Assembly (NCBI GenBank): GCA_965222375.1
Contig: CBDCTZ010000015.1
Coordinates: 416,001-480,000 of the forward strand
From: Polyangiaceae bacterium
GTDB lineage: Bacteria > Myxococcota_A > Polyangia > Polyangiales > Polyangiaceae
DNA: 64,000 nt
Direction: 5' to 3'
Shown here: positions 20,589 through 29,604 of the stretch, in pieces
Layout: each line of letters starts with the position of its first letter
Numbering within the stretch: the stretch's first letter is position 1
Program-made: the position numbers and the translations under genes
The notes under the pieces: model-generated
The model's input: the letters and a program-made list of their open reading frames with translations, nothing else
What the model was told of the DNA's origin: nothing
Databases searched by the model: none

Positions 20589-20838
20589 ACGAAGCACTGC
20601 GTCCTGTTTCGCGACGCATCGAGGCACGCGTGCGTCTCCGACTTCGGCTCTTGCGTCCGGACGCGTACTGCCACGCACGAACGCGTCCTTCCACGAATGC
20701 GCGGTGCAGGGCGGGACGCGATCAGAGTCCGAAATTCCAGTTACGTTGTGCTCACAATTGCGTGGTTTCCGCGTGAACAACTCGCTGACGCAATACAGCT
20801 CTGCTACACGCGCTCGCGGCGCCAAATCTTGGGGACGG

Positions 20839-22188
20839 TTAACTCACTAGTGTCACCTCCGTGATGCGAGTCTGCGCCTTGGGACGGCGGATCTTCGCAG
20901 CTGCGCGCTCCAATGCTGCAGCGCGGTATTCCAGGCTCTGCACGGATTGCCGCAGGCCGCGTGCGCCACTGCGGGCTACGCGGTCCGGCTCGTAGACTGT
21001 GTTGCTGCGCCACATCGCCCAGAGCACGCCAGCCAAGCGGCGCGCCAGTGCAATTACGGCGACCCGCTTTCCACGCCGTTCCGCAACCGCCAGCGCCCAG
21101 CGCTGTAACGGATCGGTTCGACTGGGCTGGCGCATGAGAATCCATGCCGCCTGGACAAGCATCGCGCGCAGATAACTGTTGCCCTGCTTGCTGATGGCTC
21201 CAAGCCGACGTTTGCCGCCGGTTGTGTCCTCGCTTGGCACCAACCCGAGGTAGGATTCGACTTGATGGGCGCTGTGGAAGCGTTTTGCTTCGTCAATCCC
21301 GCTCACAAAGCTCGCCGCCACGATGCGTCCAACGCCGGGCATGGTCGTTAGCTGAGCAACCATGGGTTCAGCAACGAGTAGTTCGTCCAGCTGTTGCTCG
21401 ACAGCGCCCAACTGCACCTCCAAGGACTCCAATGTAGCCAGCAGGGGTTCGATGGTGGCCTGCACCTCGGGGCTGGTGTCGCTGTTGCGCACGCGAGTGA
21501 CGAAGTTCTCCGCGTCACATGTCGGCAACTTGCTGCCATACTCGCGTGCCAAGCCGCGCATCGTCGTTATGTACTGCGCTCGAGTTTCCACCAGCGCGCG
21601 ACGCACACCCAACTGTCGCCGGAGCGCTTGTCGATGCGGCGACAGCATGTGCGCAAGCGGAATCCCACCGCGCTCCACAGCAAACGCCATCGTCTCGGCG
21701 TCTATCTTGTCGTTCTTCCGTCGGTGCTGCCCGATCCCGAGCTTGCGACTGCGTGTCGTGTCCACCAACAGCACTTCGTTGCCCCACTCCGTCAGCTTAC
21801 CGTGGACAAACCACGCCTCACGACAGGCCTCGATGGCCACGCAGGCCGGCTCTCGCTCTGGTCCAAGCCAGCGCTCGAGCGCCGCAATGGAATCAACGGT
21901 CACACGTTCCAAGACTTCATCGCCAGATACCTCGCAGTACGCGATCTTCTTGGAGCCCAGATCCAATGCTACACTTCTCATGGTCGAGTTCCCTTTCGCC
22001 CCCAGGTTGACTGCGCCTTTTGAGCGCGTGGGGGTGCCGGCAGGGCTACCTGCCGGCGGGAACTCGGCCAGCTCTTTCTTCGTCAGGCGCCGGCCTCGCA
22101 CCGCCGCGGGCTTCGTCGCCGCGGCCTTTTTGCCAGCTCGAGCTCGAGTCTTTGTTTTCTTCGCTGCTCTTTTCCGTTGGGTAGACAT
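20839..22188 (-). CDS. IS110-family transposase/recombinase
   Basis: VALDLG, AIEA and KNDKID (DEDD); YLGLVPSEDTTGG..ISKQGNSYLRAML. Alternative start at 21981 (MRSVALD) with an AAAGGGAA RBS. Confidence 0.92.
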   Translation of the reverse strand: MSTQRKRAAKKTKTRARAGKKAAATKPAAVRGRRLTKKELAEFPPAGSPAGTPTRSKGAVNLGAKGNSTMRSVALDLGSKKIAYCEVSGDEVLERVTVDSIAALERWLGPEREPACVAIEACREAWFVHGKLTEWGNEVLLVDTTRSRKLGIGQHRRKNDKIDAETMAFAVERGGIPLAHMLSPHRQALRRQLGVRRALVETRAQYITTMRGLAREYGSKLPTCDAENFVTRVRNSDTSPEVQATIEPLLATLESLEVQLGAVEQQLDELLVAEPMVAQLTTMPGVGRIVAASFVSGIDEAKRFHSAHQVESYLGLVPSEDTTGGKRRLGAISKQGNSYLRAMLVQAAWILMRQPSRTDPLQRWALAVAERRGKRVAVIALARRLAGVLWAMWRSNTVYEPDRVARSGARGLRQSVQSLEYRAAALERAAAKIRRPKAQTRITEVTLVS

Positions 22189-22447
22189 GGTCGCTCCAGG
22201 ACCGCCTCATCCCGTCTTGCTCGCGGCGCCTGCGAGCGCGAGTGCAACTTGATAGACTTTCTAAAACGCGCGGCAGTCGCCGCTGCGCGAGACCCCGGGG
22301 AACACCCGACGGGGTGTGGCAGGGCGGGACGGTTGGCGTCGGGTTACGTCTTTGAGTTCGGACCGCGATGCTTTGGGCGGCGCTTGGGCGCCGGCACGGA
22401 GCTTTCGACGTGCGGTCTACGCTGCGTCTTGTCTAGACTGCTGGCGT

Positions 22448-22708
22448 CTAGGGAGCGAAGACGTCGTCCAGAGAGTCGACGGTGATGACGCGCTCTGCAT
22501 AACGCTCCAGCTCTTCGATAGAGCTGCTTTGCACGCGCGAAGTCTGCTCCGCAGAGAGAGCCCCAAACTTCAGTGTGAGTAGCTTGAGCACGATCTCGGC
22601 TTTGCCTTCGGCTTTGCCTTCGGCCTTGCCTTCGGCTTTGCCTTCGGCCTTGCCTTCGGCTTTGCCTTCGGCTCGTGCTTCCTGCGTGAGAATCTGTGCT
22701 CCAGTCAT
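22448..22708 (-). CDS. Putative intragenic small Rpn C-terminal protein (86 aa), copy 2
   Basis: Same internal GGAGG-N8-ATG; (AEGK)6. Confidence 0.55.
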   Translation of the reverse strand: MTGAQILTQEARAEGKAEGKAEGKAEGKAEGKAEGKAEIVLKLLTLKFGALSAEQTSRVQSSSIEELERYAERVITVDSLDDVFAP

Positions 22709-23470
22709 GAATGCTTCCTCCAGCCTTGGGCCAAGTTGCCGAAACAGTTGCCGGGTCTCCTCGGGCTTCGTCTCGCTGGTGTGGAGAATATAGCGCACTA
22801 GCGCCGCCAATGCCGCTACCCCGTTGGGCGCCGCGCTGGCTTCTAGCAAAAGCTCCTGCCAGCCGAGTAGCTCCGGCATCAGATCCACTTGTTTGCGCGC
22901 CTGGCTGAAGCTCAGCAGGGTCAGCCGCCCCAGGGCTGTCATCACCCGGGACTTGAGCTCCTCGGAGCGAGCCGCCGACAGGTCGTCCAGCACGTACTCG
23001 AAGCGCGGCAGCAGGGGCCGGAGCAGCTTCAAAGTCTCCGGCTCCAAGTCCAGCAGCTCGTGAAACTGCCGCGGAGCCTTCCAACCGTCCTTGCTGTGGT
23101 GGACCACCATCGGGATGATGGCGGGCAAGCGCTCCGTCTTGCGCTTCGCTTTGCGCTGCGCTTTGAGATACTCGTCCCAGAGTCGGACCATGTACGACAG
23201 AAAGCGAAAGCCCATCAGGTTGTCCGATCTGCTCTGGTGTTCCAAGAGCAGGTAGAGCACGACCTGTCGTCCATCGAGCATGACTGAGAACGCCACGTCG
23301 GCGCGCCGCTTCGAAAACTCCTCGTCGATGAAGTCCACCGACAGCTTTTGCAGCGTCGACCAGTCGATGCGTTTGCTTACTTCCGGTGGCAGCAAGTGCT
23401 TGAGCTCGCCGACGGCGTTTTCGGGCTCCGAAAACACCAAGTGAAAGAAGTCGTCGTGCGGCGTCTTCAT
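22448..23470 (-). CDS. Rpn/YhgA-like PD-(D/E)XK nuclease, copy 2
   Basis: Close paralog of 15593..16591 with the same motifs. Confidence 0.9.
   Translation of the reverse strand: MKTPHDDFFHLVFSEPENAVGELKHLLPPEVSKRIDWSTLQKLSVDFIDEEFSKRRADVAFSVMLDGRQVVLYLLLEHQSRSDNLMGFRFLSYMVRLWDEYLKAQRKAKRKTERLPAIIPMVVHHSKDGWKAPRQFHELLDLEPETLKLLRPLLPRFEYVLDDLSAARSEELKSRVMTALGRLTLLSFSQARKQVDLMPELLGWQELLLEASAAPNGVAALAALVRYILHTSETKPEETRQLFRQLGPRLEEAFMTGAQILTQEARAEGKAEGKAEGKAEGKAEGKAEGKAEIVLKLLTLKFGALSAEQTSRVQSSSIEELERYAERVITVDSLDDVFAP
22601..22672. repeat. 12-bp tandem repeat x6 (AEGK)
   Basis: Six (T/C)TTGCCTTCGGC units counted. Confidence 0.9.
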
Positions 23471-23570
23471 GGCAGCACTCTACACCCCATGCGACCCTTG
23501 CGGGCACCGACCATCGTCACATGCTCTCCGCGTGCTCCAACAGCAGCTCGACGGCGATGGCTGTCGTCCT

Positions 23571-23767
23571 GCCCGCCCCAGCGGCCGCGCCTCGCCCAAG
23601 GCGCGCACGCCGCCCGCCACGCTTCTCTGAGTTTGCGTGCGGGCGTGCAATTGTACGCTGTGGTTTCGGCCGCGTTGCGATCTGGCGCGTGTCATGCGGC
23701 CTGTCCCCCGTCGGGGATTCCCAAGGGTCTCGCGATGGGTGGGCAAGGCCCAGCCGCTGGGGCGGGC
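23571..23767 (+). ncRNA. Putative structured RNA/leader, copy 2, directly before the DUF559 RBS
   Basis: Same 15-bp terminal IR; GTGGT-TTCG-GCCGC hairpin; 3' part nearly identical to copy 1. Confidence 0.4.
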
Positions 23768-23779
23768 CGGGAGGTATCC

Positions 23780-24104
23780 ATGCATCGCTCGCTTCGCTCA
23801 CGAGCGCCGTCGCCACCCGACGTTTTCCGAAGCCAAGTTGTGGGCCCGCTTGAAGGGCAAGCAGCTTGGAGCCAGCTTCCGTCGTGAGTATGTCGTCGGC
23901 CGGTTTATCGTTGACCTGTGTGCGCCTTCTCGCAGGCTAGCCGTGGAAGTTGATGGCCTTTATCACGCTCGCTTCGTTGCTAGGGATGCTCGCCGCGACC
24001 GGGCGCTGCAGCGCGCCGGTTGGCGCGTCCTGCGTATCGACGCCGAGCTCGTCGTCCGCGACATCGACGCGGCTGTGGCCTTGGTGCGCCAGGCGCTTGC
24101 GTGA
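23780..24104 (+). pseudogene. DUF559 (Vsr-like) endonuclease; the RBS-linked ATG is out of frame
   Basis: TFSEAKLWARL..FRREYVVGRFIVD..LAVEVDGLYH..DARRDRAL..GWRVLR. The GGAGG-linked ATG at 23780 is in a different frame. Confidence 0.7.
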
Positions 24105-24372
24105 TGGCAGCCGCTTCCCTGCGGCACTTTCATGCCGCAGGGACTGCCGTAATAGATTGTCATAGAGCGACCGCGTTGCACGGTGTCGACAGCTCGATGC
24201 AACCGATTGTACCAAGTGCTGCTGTGCGCAGTCTCTCGAATTCGCATGCGTGCTGACAGGAAACTCAACACTTCCTGGCACAAACAATGACCGTGCCGTT
24301 CTGTGGTGCTTCGTTGTACGAAGCCTCCGACAACGACTTCTGGCGCGGTCTGGGTGACGATACCGTGGCCAG

Positions 24373-25728
24373 ATGTCCAAGCTCCTCAATGTGCCGCTGC
24401 CGAAGTGCTGGCCTGAGCACACAAAGCTCGCCATCCTCCATGCCATCACGCAGGCGCACTTCGTGCTTAGCCACGCGCGCAGCTGGTGCATCAACAGTCG
24501 CATCTCCCGCGTCCGCCTTGCCGCCGAGCGCGACATCGCCATCGCCAAGGTCGCGCAGCTCGAAGAGATCGTGCGCATCCTGTCCGTCCGCCTTGCCCTC
24601 ATCGAGCCCAATCGCAGGCCCCAGTACCCGCCCGCCGAGCGTCTGGCTATCGTGCTGTTGCGTGGCTCTGTCGGTTGGACCATCGCCAAGACGGCTAGAA
24701 TGTTCCTGGTCACGCCGCAGACCATCGCTCGCTGGATGAAGCGTCTCGACGACGACGGGCCAGATGCTCTCTTGGCGCTGCGCCAGCCCGTCAATCGCTT
24801 TCCGGACTTCGTCCGCGAGACCGTCCGCGCGCTGCGCGCGACCTTTCCTTGCTTGGGCTCCCAACGCATCGCCAACATGCTCGCTCGCGCTGGCCTGCAT
24901 CTGGCTGCCTCGACCGTAGGCCGGATCTCGAAGGAAAAGTCTCCATCGCAACCGACTCCGGGCGAGCCAGACCGGCCTACTGCCGACCCGGGTGTTGGCG
25001 AAACCGAGACCGACGCGACCACGCCTCGCGTTGTGACTGCTCGCTACCCCCATCACCTTTGGCATGTCGATCTCTCGCTGCTTCCCAGAGTCGCGGGCTG
25101 GTGGGTTTCCTGGGTCCCCCATTCGCTGAAACAAGCCTGGCCCTTTTGTTTCTGGATCGGCGTCGTGCTCGATCACTTCTCTCGCTCCGTCGTGGCTTGG
25201 CGACTGTACCTGTCTCAACCCTCCGCCAAGCAGGTCTGCTCCTTGCTCGAGAAGGCTCGGCGCAATGCTGGCGGCGCACCCAAACACATCGTGACCGATC
25301 GCGGGCCGCAGTTTGCCAAGAAGTACAAGGCCTGGTGCAAGCGCCGTGGCGTCAAGCCTCGCTTCGGTGCCATCGGCCAGAGCGGTAGCATCGCCATCAT
25401 CGAGCGCTTCTTTCGCTCTCTCAAAGACGAGATGCTCTGGCGCCTTCCGGTCTTGATGCTCTCGCTGCCGAGGATGCGCGCCGAGGTCAGCGCGTACATC
25501 GAGTGGTATCACGAGCATCGACCGCACATGGCTCTCGGTGGCGCCACCCCTGCGGAGTTTCGTGATGGTCGCACGCCCGCGCGCGACCTGCCTCGCTGGG
25601 AGCCTCGCGCGGGCGTTCCGCTCCCGCGAGGTGACCCCGCCAAGCGCGTTGCGAGTTTGCAGCTCGTGACCGAGCGCGTCCAAGGCCGCGACCACTTGCC
25701 CATCGTCTCGCTCCGCGACGCCGCTTGA
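24373..25728 (+). CDS. Integrase-core (rve) DDE transposase, IS3/IS481-like
   Basis: HTH, WHVD, VTDRGPQF, IERFFRSLK and YHEHRPHMALGGATP. A shared right end ...CTCGCTGACGCAAYACA lies at ~25938 and ~20796. Confidence 0.85.
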   Translation: MSKLLNVPLPKCWPEHTKLAILHAITQAHFVLSHARSWCINSRISRVRLAAERDIAIAKVAQLEEIVRILSVRLALIEPNRRPQYPPAERLAIVLLRGSVGWTIAKTARMFLVTPQTIARWMKRLDDDGPDALLALRQPVNRFPDFVRETVRALRATFPCLGSQRIANMLARAGLHLAASTVGRISKEKSPSQPTPGEPDRPTADPGVGETETDATTPRVVTARYPHHLWHVDLSLLPRVAGWWVSWVPHSLKQAWPFCFWIGVVLDHFSRSVVAWRLYLSQPSAKQVCSLLEKARRNAGGAPKHIVTDRGPQFAKKYKAWCKRRGVKPRFGAIGQSGSIAIIERFFRSLKDEMLWRLPVLMLSLPRMRAEVSAYIEWYHEHRPHMALGGATPAEFRDGRTPARDLPRWEPRAGVPLPRGDPAKRVASLQLVTERVQGRDHLPIVSLRDAA

Positions 25729-26420
25729 ACGCCCCAATGCGTTTCGCATCATGGTCCGTGCAGGCATACGTGCGTCTGCATTTCGGGATCTTGCTACGGG
25801 GAACGTACTGCGACGCTCGAACGCGTCCTTCCACCAATGCGTGGTGCAGCGTGGGGCGCGATCAGAGTCCGAAATTCCAGTCACGTTGTGCTCACAATTG
25901 CGCGGTTTTCTGGGTGAACAACTCGCTGACGCAACACAGCAGCGATGCGTATCGCGGCTGGAGGCCAAGCGTGGATTGGTACATCGGCGACACAATCAAC
26001 CTGGTGCGCAGCGGTCGGCGGCCGGAGTTGCATGCGCAACTACTGTCCGGCCTCGGCCCCGACTACCTGGGTGCCGCGTGCCGCCACATGGCCGAATGGC
26101 ATCGAAGCCGCGAGGAACATGCCGAGGCTGGATTGATCAGCGCGGCTGCGCGAGATTTGGCCAGCAACGGCGACAGCGCATTGCTCTTGCACGCGTTGAC
26201 CGACCACTGGATCGAAACGGACCATCCGAGTTGACATTCTACGCTTGCAGCTGCCGTCGGTGACGACGCCCTGCGCGGCCGCGCCTTGCCCGTCGCCATG
26301 TCTTGCTGCGTCGATCGAGACGCAGCACCACCAGCTCTTGCCACTGCAGAAAACGCCGCGTAGCGTTCGCGCGTGGCGGGGCCGAGTCGCCTCGTTCTGG
26401 GCGCGACGACTTGGATCGGC

Positions 26421-27170
26421 TCAACCATGGCGACGCCTAGACTTCGAGACCTTGGCGCGACGCTTCGGCTCATCAAGTGCTTTAGCTTCTCGCAGCACGT
26501 TCTCCAATGTTGCTAGTTTTTGTCGAAGCTCGATTGTCACTTTCAGACCGGCGGCAACCTCATTGGGACTCAATGCCGCCAAGCTTCGCTTGTCGCGCAG
26601 CGCCTTGGGCGATGCATCGCGAAGGCTCTTCACGCCTTCGAGCAGCCGCACTATTCTCGGTTTTGGTGGCCGGCCACCCTGCCCCCGACGCTTGCTTGCG
26701 GCTCGTTCTGCAAGCTTCGAGACGCTCCACCGCTCCTTTTCAGCACGCACTAGCAGCGCCCGCTGATCGCTGGGTACAAGGCCGAGCACGCTACGCAAGT
26801 GTGCAAGCCTCAGATGGCGACACTCACGTAGCGCCGGCCACCGCAGGGACAGCTCGTATACCGCGCATGAAGTCCAGAGCTTCGAGGCACTCATGCTTAC
26901 AGCCGGGTGGCTTGCCAGTTTTCGGAAAGAAACGTCCTTTCGCCCGCGTTGCTGCATAGCGTCGACGTCACCCTTGAACGCACGTTGGACGATGATCTGG
27001 CCCACCTCCAACGCGAGGTCGATGGGTGTTCCTCGGGTGACATATGGAACGGTCGCCAACGCGCGTTCCACTGCGGCATCACCGAGGACCCCGGCGCTCG
27101 AGCTCCGTTTTGCGGCTCGATGGCTTCTGTTTGTGGTTCGATGACCACCCCTGCTGCGCTTCGCTCTCAC
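26421..27170 (-). CDS. Hypothetical basic protein, DUF1016/YhcG N-terminal-like
   Basis: LEVGQIIV...SFRKLA...LRLAHLRSVLGL...AEKERWSVSKL pattern. Confidence 0.55.
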   Translation of the reverse strand: MRAKRSRGGHRTTNRSHRAAKRSSSAGVLGDAAVERALATVPYVTRGTPIDLALEVGQIIVQRAFKGDVDAMQQRGRKDVSFRKLASHPAVSMSASKLWTSCAVYELSLRWPALRECRHLRLAHLRSVLGLVPSDQRALLVRAEKERWSVSKLAERAASKRRGQGGRPPKPRIVRLLEGVKSLRDASPKALRDKRSLAALSPNEVAAGLKVTIELRQKLATLENVLREAKALDEPKRRAKVSKSRRRHG

Positions 27171-27248
27171 GCTGAGAGTTCAACAGTCATCTGCGACTCT
27201 TGCAAGGGCCGCCGGACCGGCGCCGTCACTGGAGCGCGGCACCCGGGC

Positions 27249-28463
27249 TCACGGTTGCGAATCGTCGCATTCACACAGTGCCCGCCGCACTAGGCGATAG
27301 TTCTCTTCGTACTGAGCGTTGGAGTGACGAACGGCGAAGTAGGCCTGGCCGTGAGCGACAGCAAGCCACCGCCCTGGCTGCTTGAAGAGATGCTCCGAGC
27401 CCGCTCCGGTCTTGGAGCTCCGAAATATCTCGTCCTGAAACGTTCGCCAGAAGATCTGGCCGCCGTGGAGCCAGTACTCGATGTCGACTTCCTGCTCGGA
27501 GACCACCACCTGAACCGGTCCGCCCTGCTTGGGTGCCCGGACCACCCGGCCCCACGGGTCATCCACTTTGCCGGTGCGGTGTTGCGTCCAGTAGATGAAG
27601 TCGTCGTCGAGCATGAAGTTCTGGGCTTCGTGACTCGTAGCGCTCAAGGGCTGGGCGACCAGGCTCGCATCGCCGCCGCTCTTCTCGATCCGGATGAGCG
27701 ACGGTGGTTGGCCGTAGGCTTCTTCAAGCAAGTAAGCGTGGGTCTCATCCAGCGCTACGAGCTCCTGGGATAGCGGGAATGCACCCGCTTGGTCGGGCGC
27801 CGCCGCAACAGTTTCCACCACGCCGCCAGACTTGGATACACGGAACAAACCGTTTTCACCGGTCGGAAATGAGTAGTGACTGAAGTAGATGTGTGTTGCG
27901 TCGAGCAAGAAGGAAGCGTTGGATGGCGCGAAGGTCTGGTAGTCGAACTCCGCCAGCGAGCTTTGAGCGCCCCCGGCCGTGAATCGGCGCGTGAGCCGGT
28001 GGGATTTGAAGCCGTGTGTGGTCAACACGTAAGCAGCATCGGCGTCTGCGCCAAACCAGGGTGCGGCGTTGGCTTCGACGAGCTGCTGGGAGCCGACGCT
28101 TTCCGCGATCCGCCAGAGCTGCGATCCGAAGTCCGAGTCCCAGTAGATATAGCCACCGTCCACGAGCAGCTTTCGCGGGTTGCGGGTCTGCTCAACAATT
28201 ACGTCGACGTTGCATGCAGACGGTGCATCACAGGCATCTGTGCCGGCATCTCCAGTGGCTGGGCTACCGCCCATTCCCGCTGCGTTGACAACGCCGCCCG
28301 TACTCGGTGGGCCGGCGCTGGTGCCTCCGCTGCCAGCTGTTCCGCTGCCAGCTGTTGGGGTCGACGTGGCGCGTCCACCGCAGGCGACAGTGATGACGCC
28401 AATCAAGCCAAGGAACGGGAGTCGAAGGAGAGCTATTCTGAGCATGGTGCGGCGCATCAGCAA
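27249..28463 (-). CDS. Lipoprotein with beta-propeller repeats
   Basis: ITVAC lipobox, Gly/Thr linker and repeated (L/V)DxTHxY(W/F)...RVxKxGG units. Confidence 0.8.
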   Translation of the reverse strand: MLMRRTMLRIALLRLPFLGLIGVITVACGGRATSTPTAGSGTAGSGGTSAGPPSTGGVVNAAGMGGSPATGDAGTDACDAPSACNVDVIVEQTRNPRKLLVDGGYIYWDSDFGSQLWRIAESVGSQQLVEANAAPWFGADADAAYVLTTHGFKSHRLTRRFTAGGAQSSLAEFDYQTFAPSNASFLLDATHIYFSHYSFPTGENGLFRVSKSGGVVETVAAAPDQAGAFPLSQELVALDETHAYLLEEAYGQPPSLIRIEKSGGDASLVAQPLSATSHEAQNFMLDDDFIYWTQHRTGKVDDPWGRVVRAPKQGGPVQVVVSEQEVDIEYWLHGGQIFWRTFQDEIFRSSKTGAGSEHLFKQPGRWLAVAHGQAYFAVRHSNAQYEENYRLVRRALCECDDSQP

Positions 28464-28662
28464 GAGGTGGGCCAGGCAACTTTGGCGTGGAAATCCCCCA
28501 ACATGACACGACTAGCGGAGCGAGTTACCGGCAACCTACGTCGTCAGTTGTCACCCGCCGCAAACTCCACACTGGGCACGATGCGTCAAACGGCGCCGCG
28601 GGGTTTCAGGCGAGAGTCGTGCCCTCGGGCACAGGAGCGCAGCGTCCCTACAAACCAAATCC

Positions 28663-29604
28663 TCAAAATGCGTGACTGTAACGCAGCGAGGTTGGGCCAA
28701 CGCGGAGCGAACTGATGGGCCGCTCCTTGTTGTCGGAAGTGAGGACCAGCACCGCTCCAGTGGCGACGAGAGCCGCGCCAACAGCGAAGCTCAGGCCGGA
28801 TATGGTGCCGAACGTCTTGCCGCTATCCGCAGCGTCGATTCCCTCTTGATTGCAACGCTTGTCGGCGTCGCAGTTCTTATCCACGATGCCCTTCTTTTGA
28901 AGCGTGAACGCCCCGGTAACCGCCCCAACGGCGAGACCAGCCACGCCGACGCCGCCGACCACCCAACCGAGCGTGCGGGTCGTGCTCGACTTCTCCGCCT
29001 TGAGCCCGGCCGGCGTTGCCTCGGTTGGTGCCTGCCCCGCCGGCAGCGCATCGCCTGGTTTCACTGATTCCTGGCGGCGCTCACCCTCTTTGAGCGTGAA
29101 GTTGTAGCGCCCGGGTTCGTGGCCGGGCGCGCGCACCACGATCTCTTGCTTGCCGGGATCCACCGGCAATGCCAAGGCCAAGGACGCTGCACGCAGTTCC
29201 ACGCCGTTGCGAGTCACCGTACTCTCTGGCGGCACGCCCGGTGCGAGGCTGATGGCCAGGTAGGGCAGGCGCGGTTCGAGGGCGTTGATCTTGCCGGATG
29301 CGAAGGTGCGGCGCTCGTCGCTCTCGGATAGCTGCTCAGCCACCTGCTTGTAGAACGTCCAGGCTGTGGCCAAGCGACCTTGGCGTTCTTCGCAATCCGC
29401 GATGTTGAGCTGAGTACCCGGCGCGGGGTCCAGGCGATTGCTTTCGTGGAAGTTGCGACACGCCGCCGCCCAGTCCTCCTTCTTGGCTGCTTCGCGCCCA
29501 GCACGGAACAACGCTTCCGCACTCGCCGAGTCCGCCAGGGCGGGCCCGGCGAAGGACAAACACAACGCGCCCGCCAGGAGCAATCGGCTTTTTCGGATCA
29601 CCAT
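28663..29604 (-). CDS. TPR/PEGA-like exported membrane protein
   Basis: AEALFRAG...ESNRLDPAPGTQLNIADCEE, LPVDPG and C-terminal TM helices; overlaps the kinase stop. Confidence 0.8.
   Translation of the reverse strand: MVIRKSRLLLAGALCLSFAGPALADSASAEALFRAGREAAKKEDWAAACRNFHESNRLDPAPGTQLNIADCEERQGRLATAWTFYKQVAEQLSESDERRTFASGKINALEPRLPYLAISLAPGVPPESTVTRNGVELRAASLALALPVDPGKQEIVVRAPGHEPGRYNFTLKEGERRQESVKPGDALPAGQAPTEATPAGLKAEKSSTTRTLGWVVGGVGVAGLAVGAVTGAFTLQKKGIVDKNCDADKRCNQEGIDAADSGKTFGTISGLSFAVGAALVATGAVLVLTSDNKERPISSLRVGPTSLRYSHAF

Noticed and set aside
24265..25995. Long antisense ORFs (e.g. 24265..25995, 19551..20825, 35847..37439)
   Set aside because: Shadow ORFs opposite well-supported genes, expected in high-GC DNA.
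25940..26234. Possible gene 3' remnant after the transposase end
   Set aside because: Protein-like, but no start or recognisable motif, so no call can be supported.
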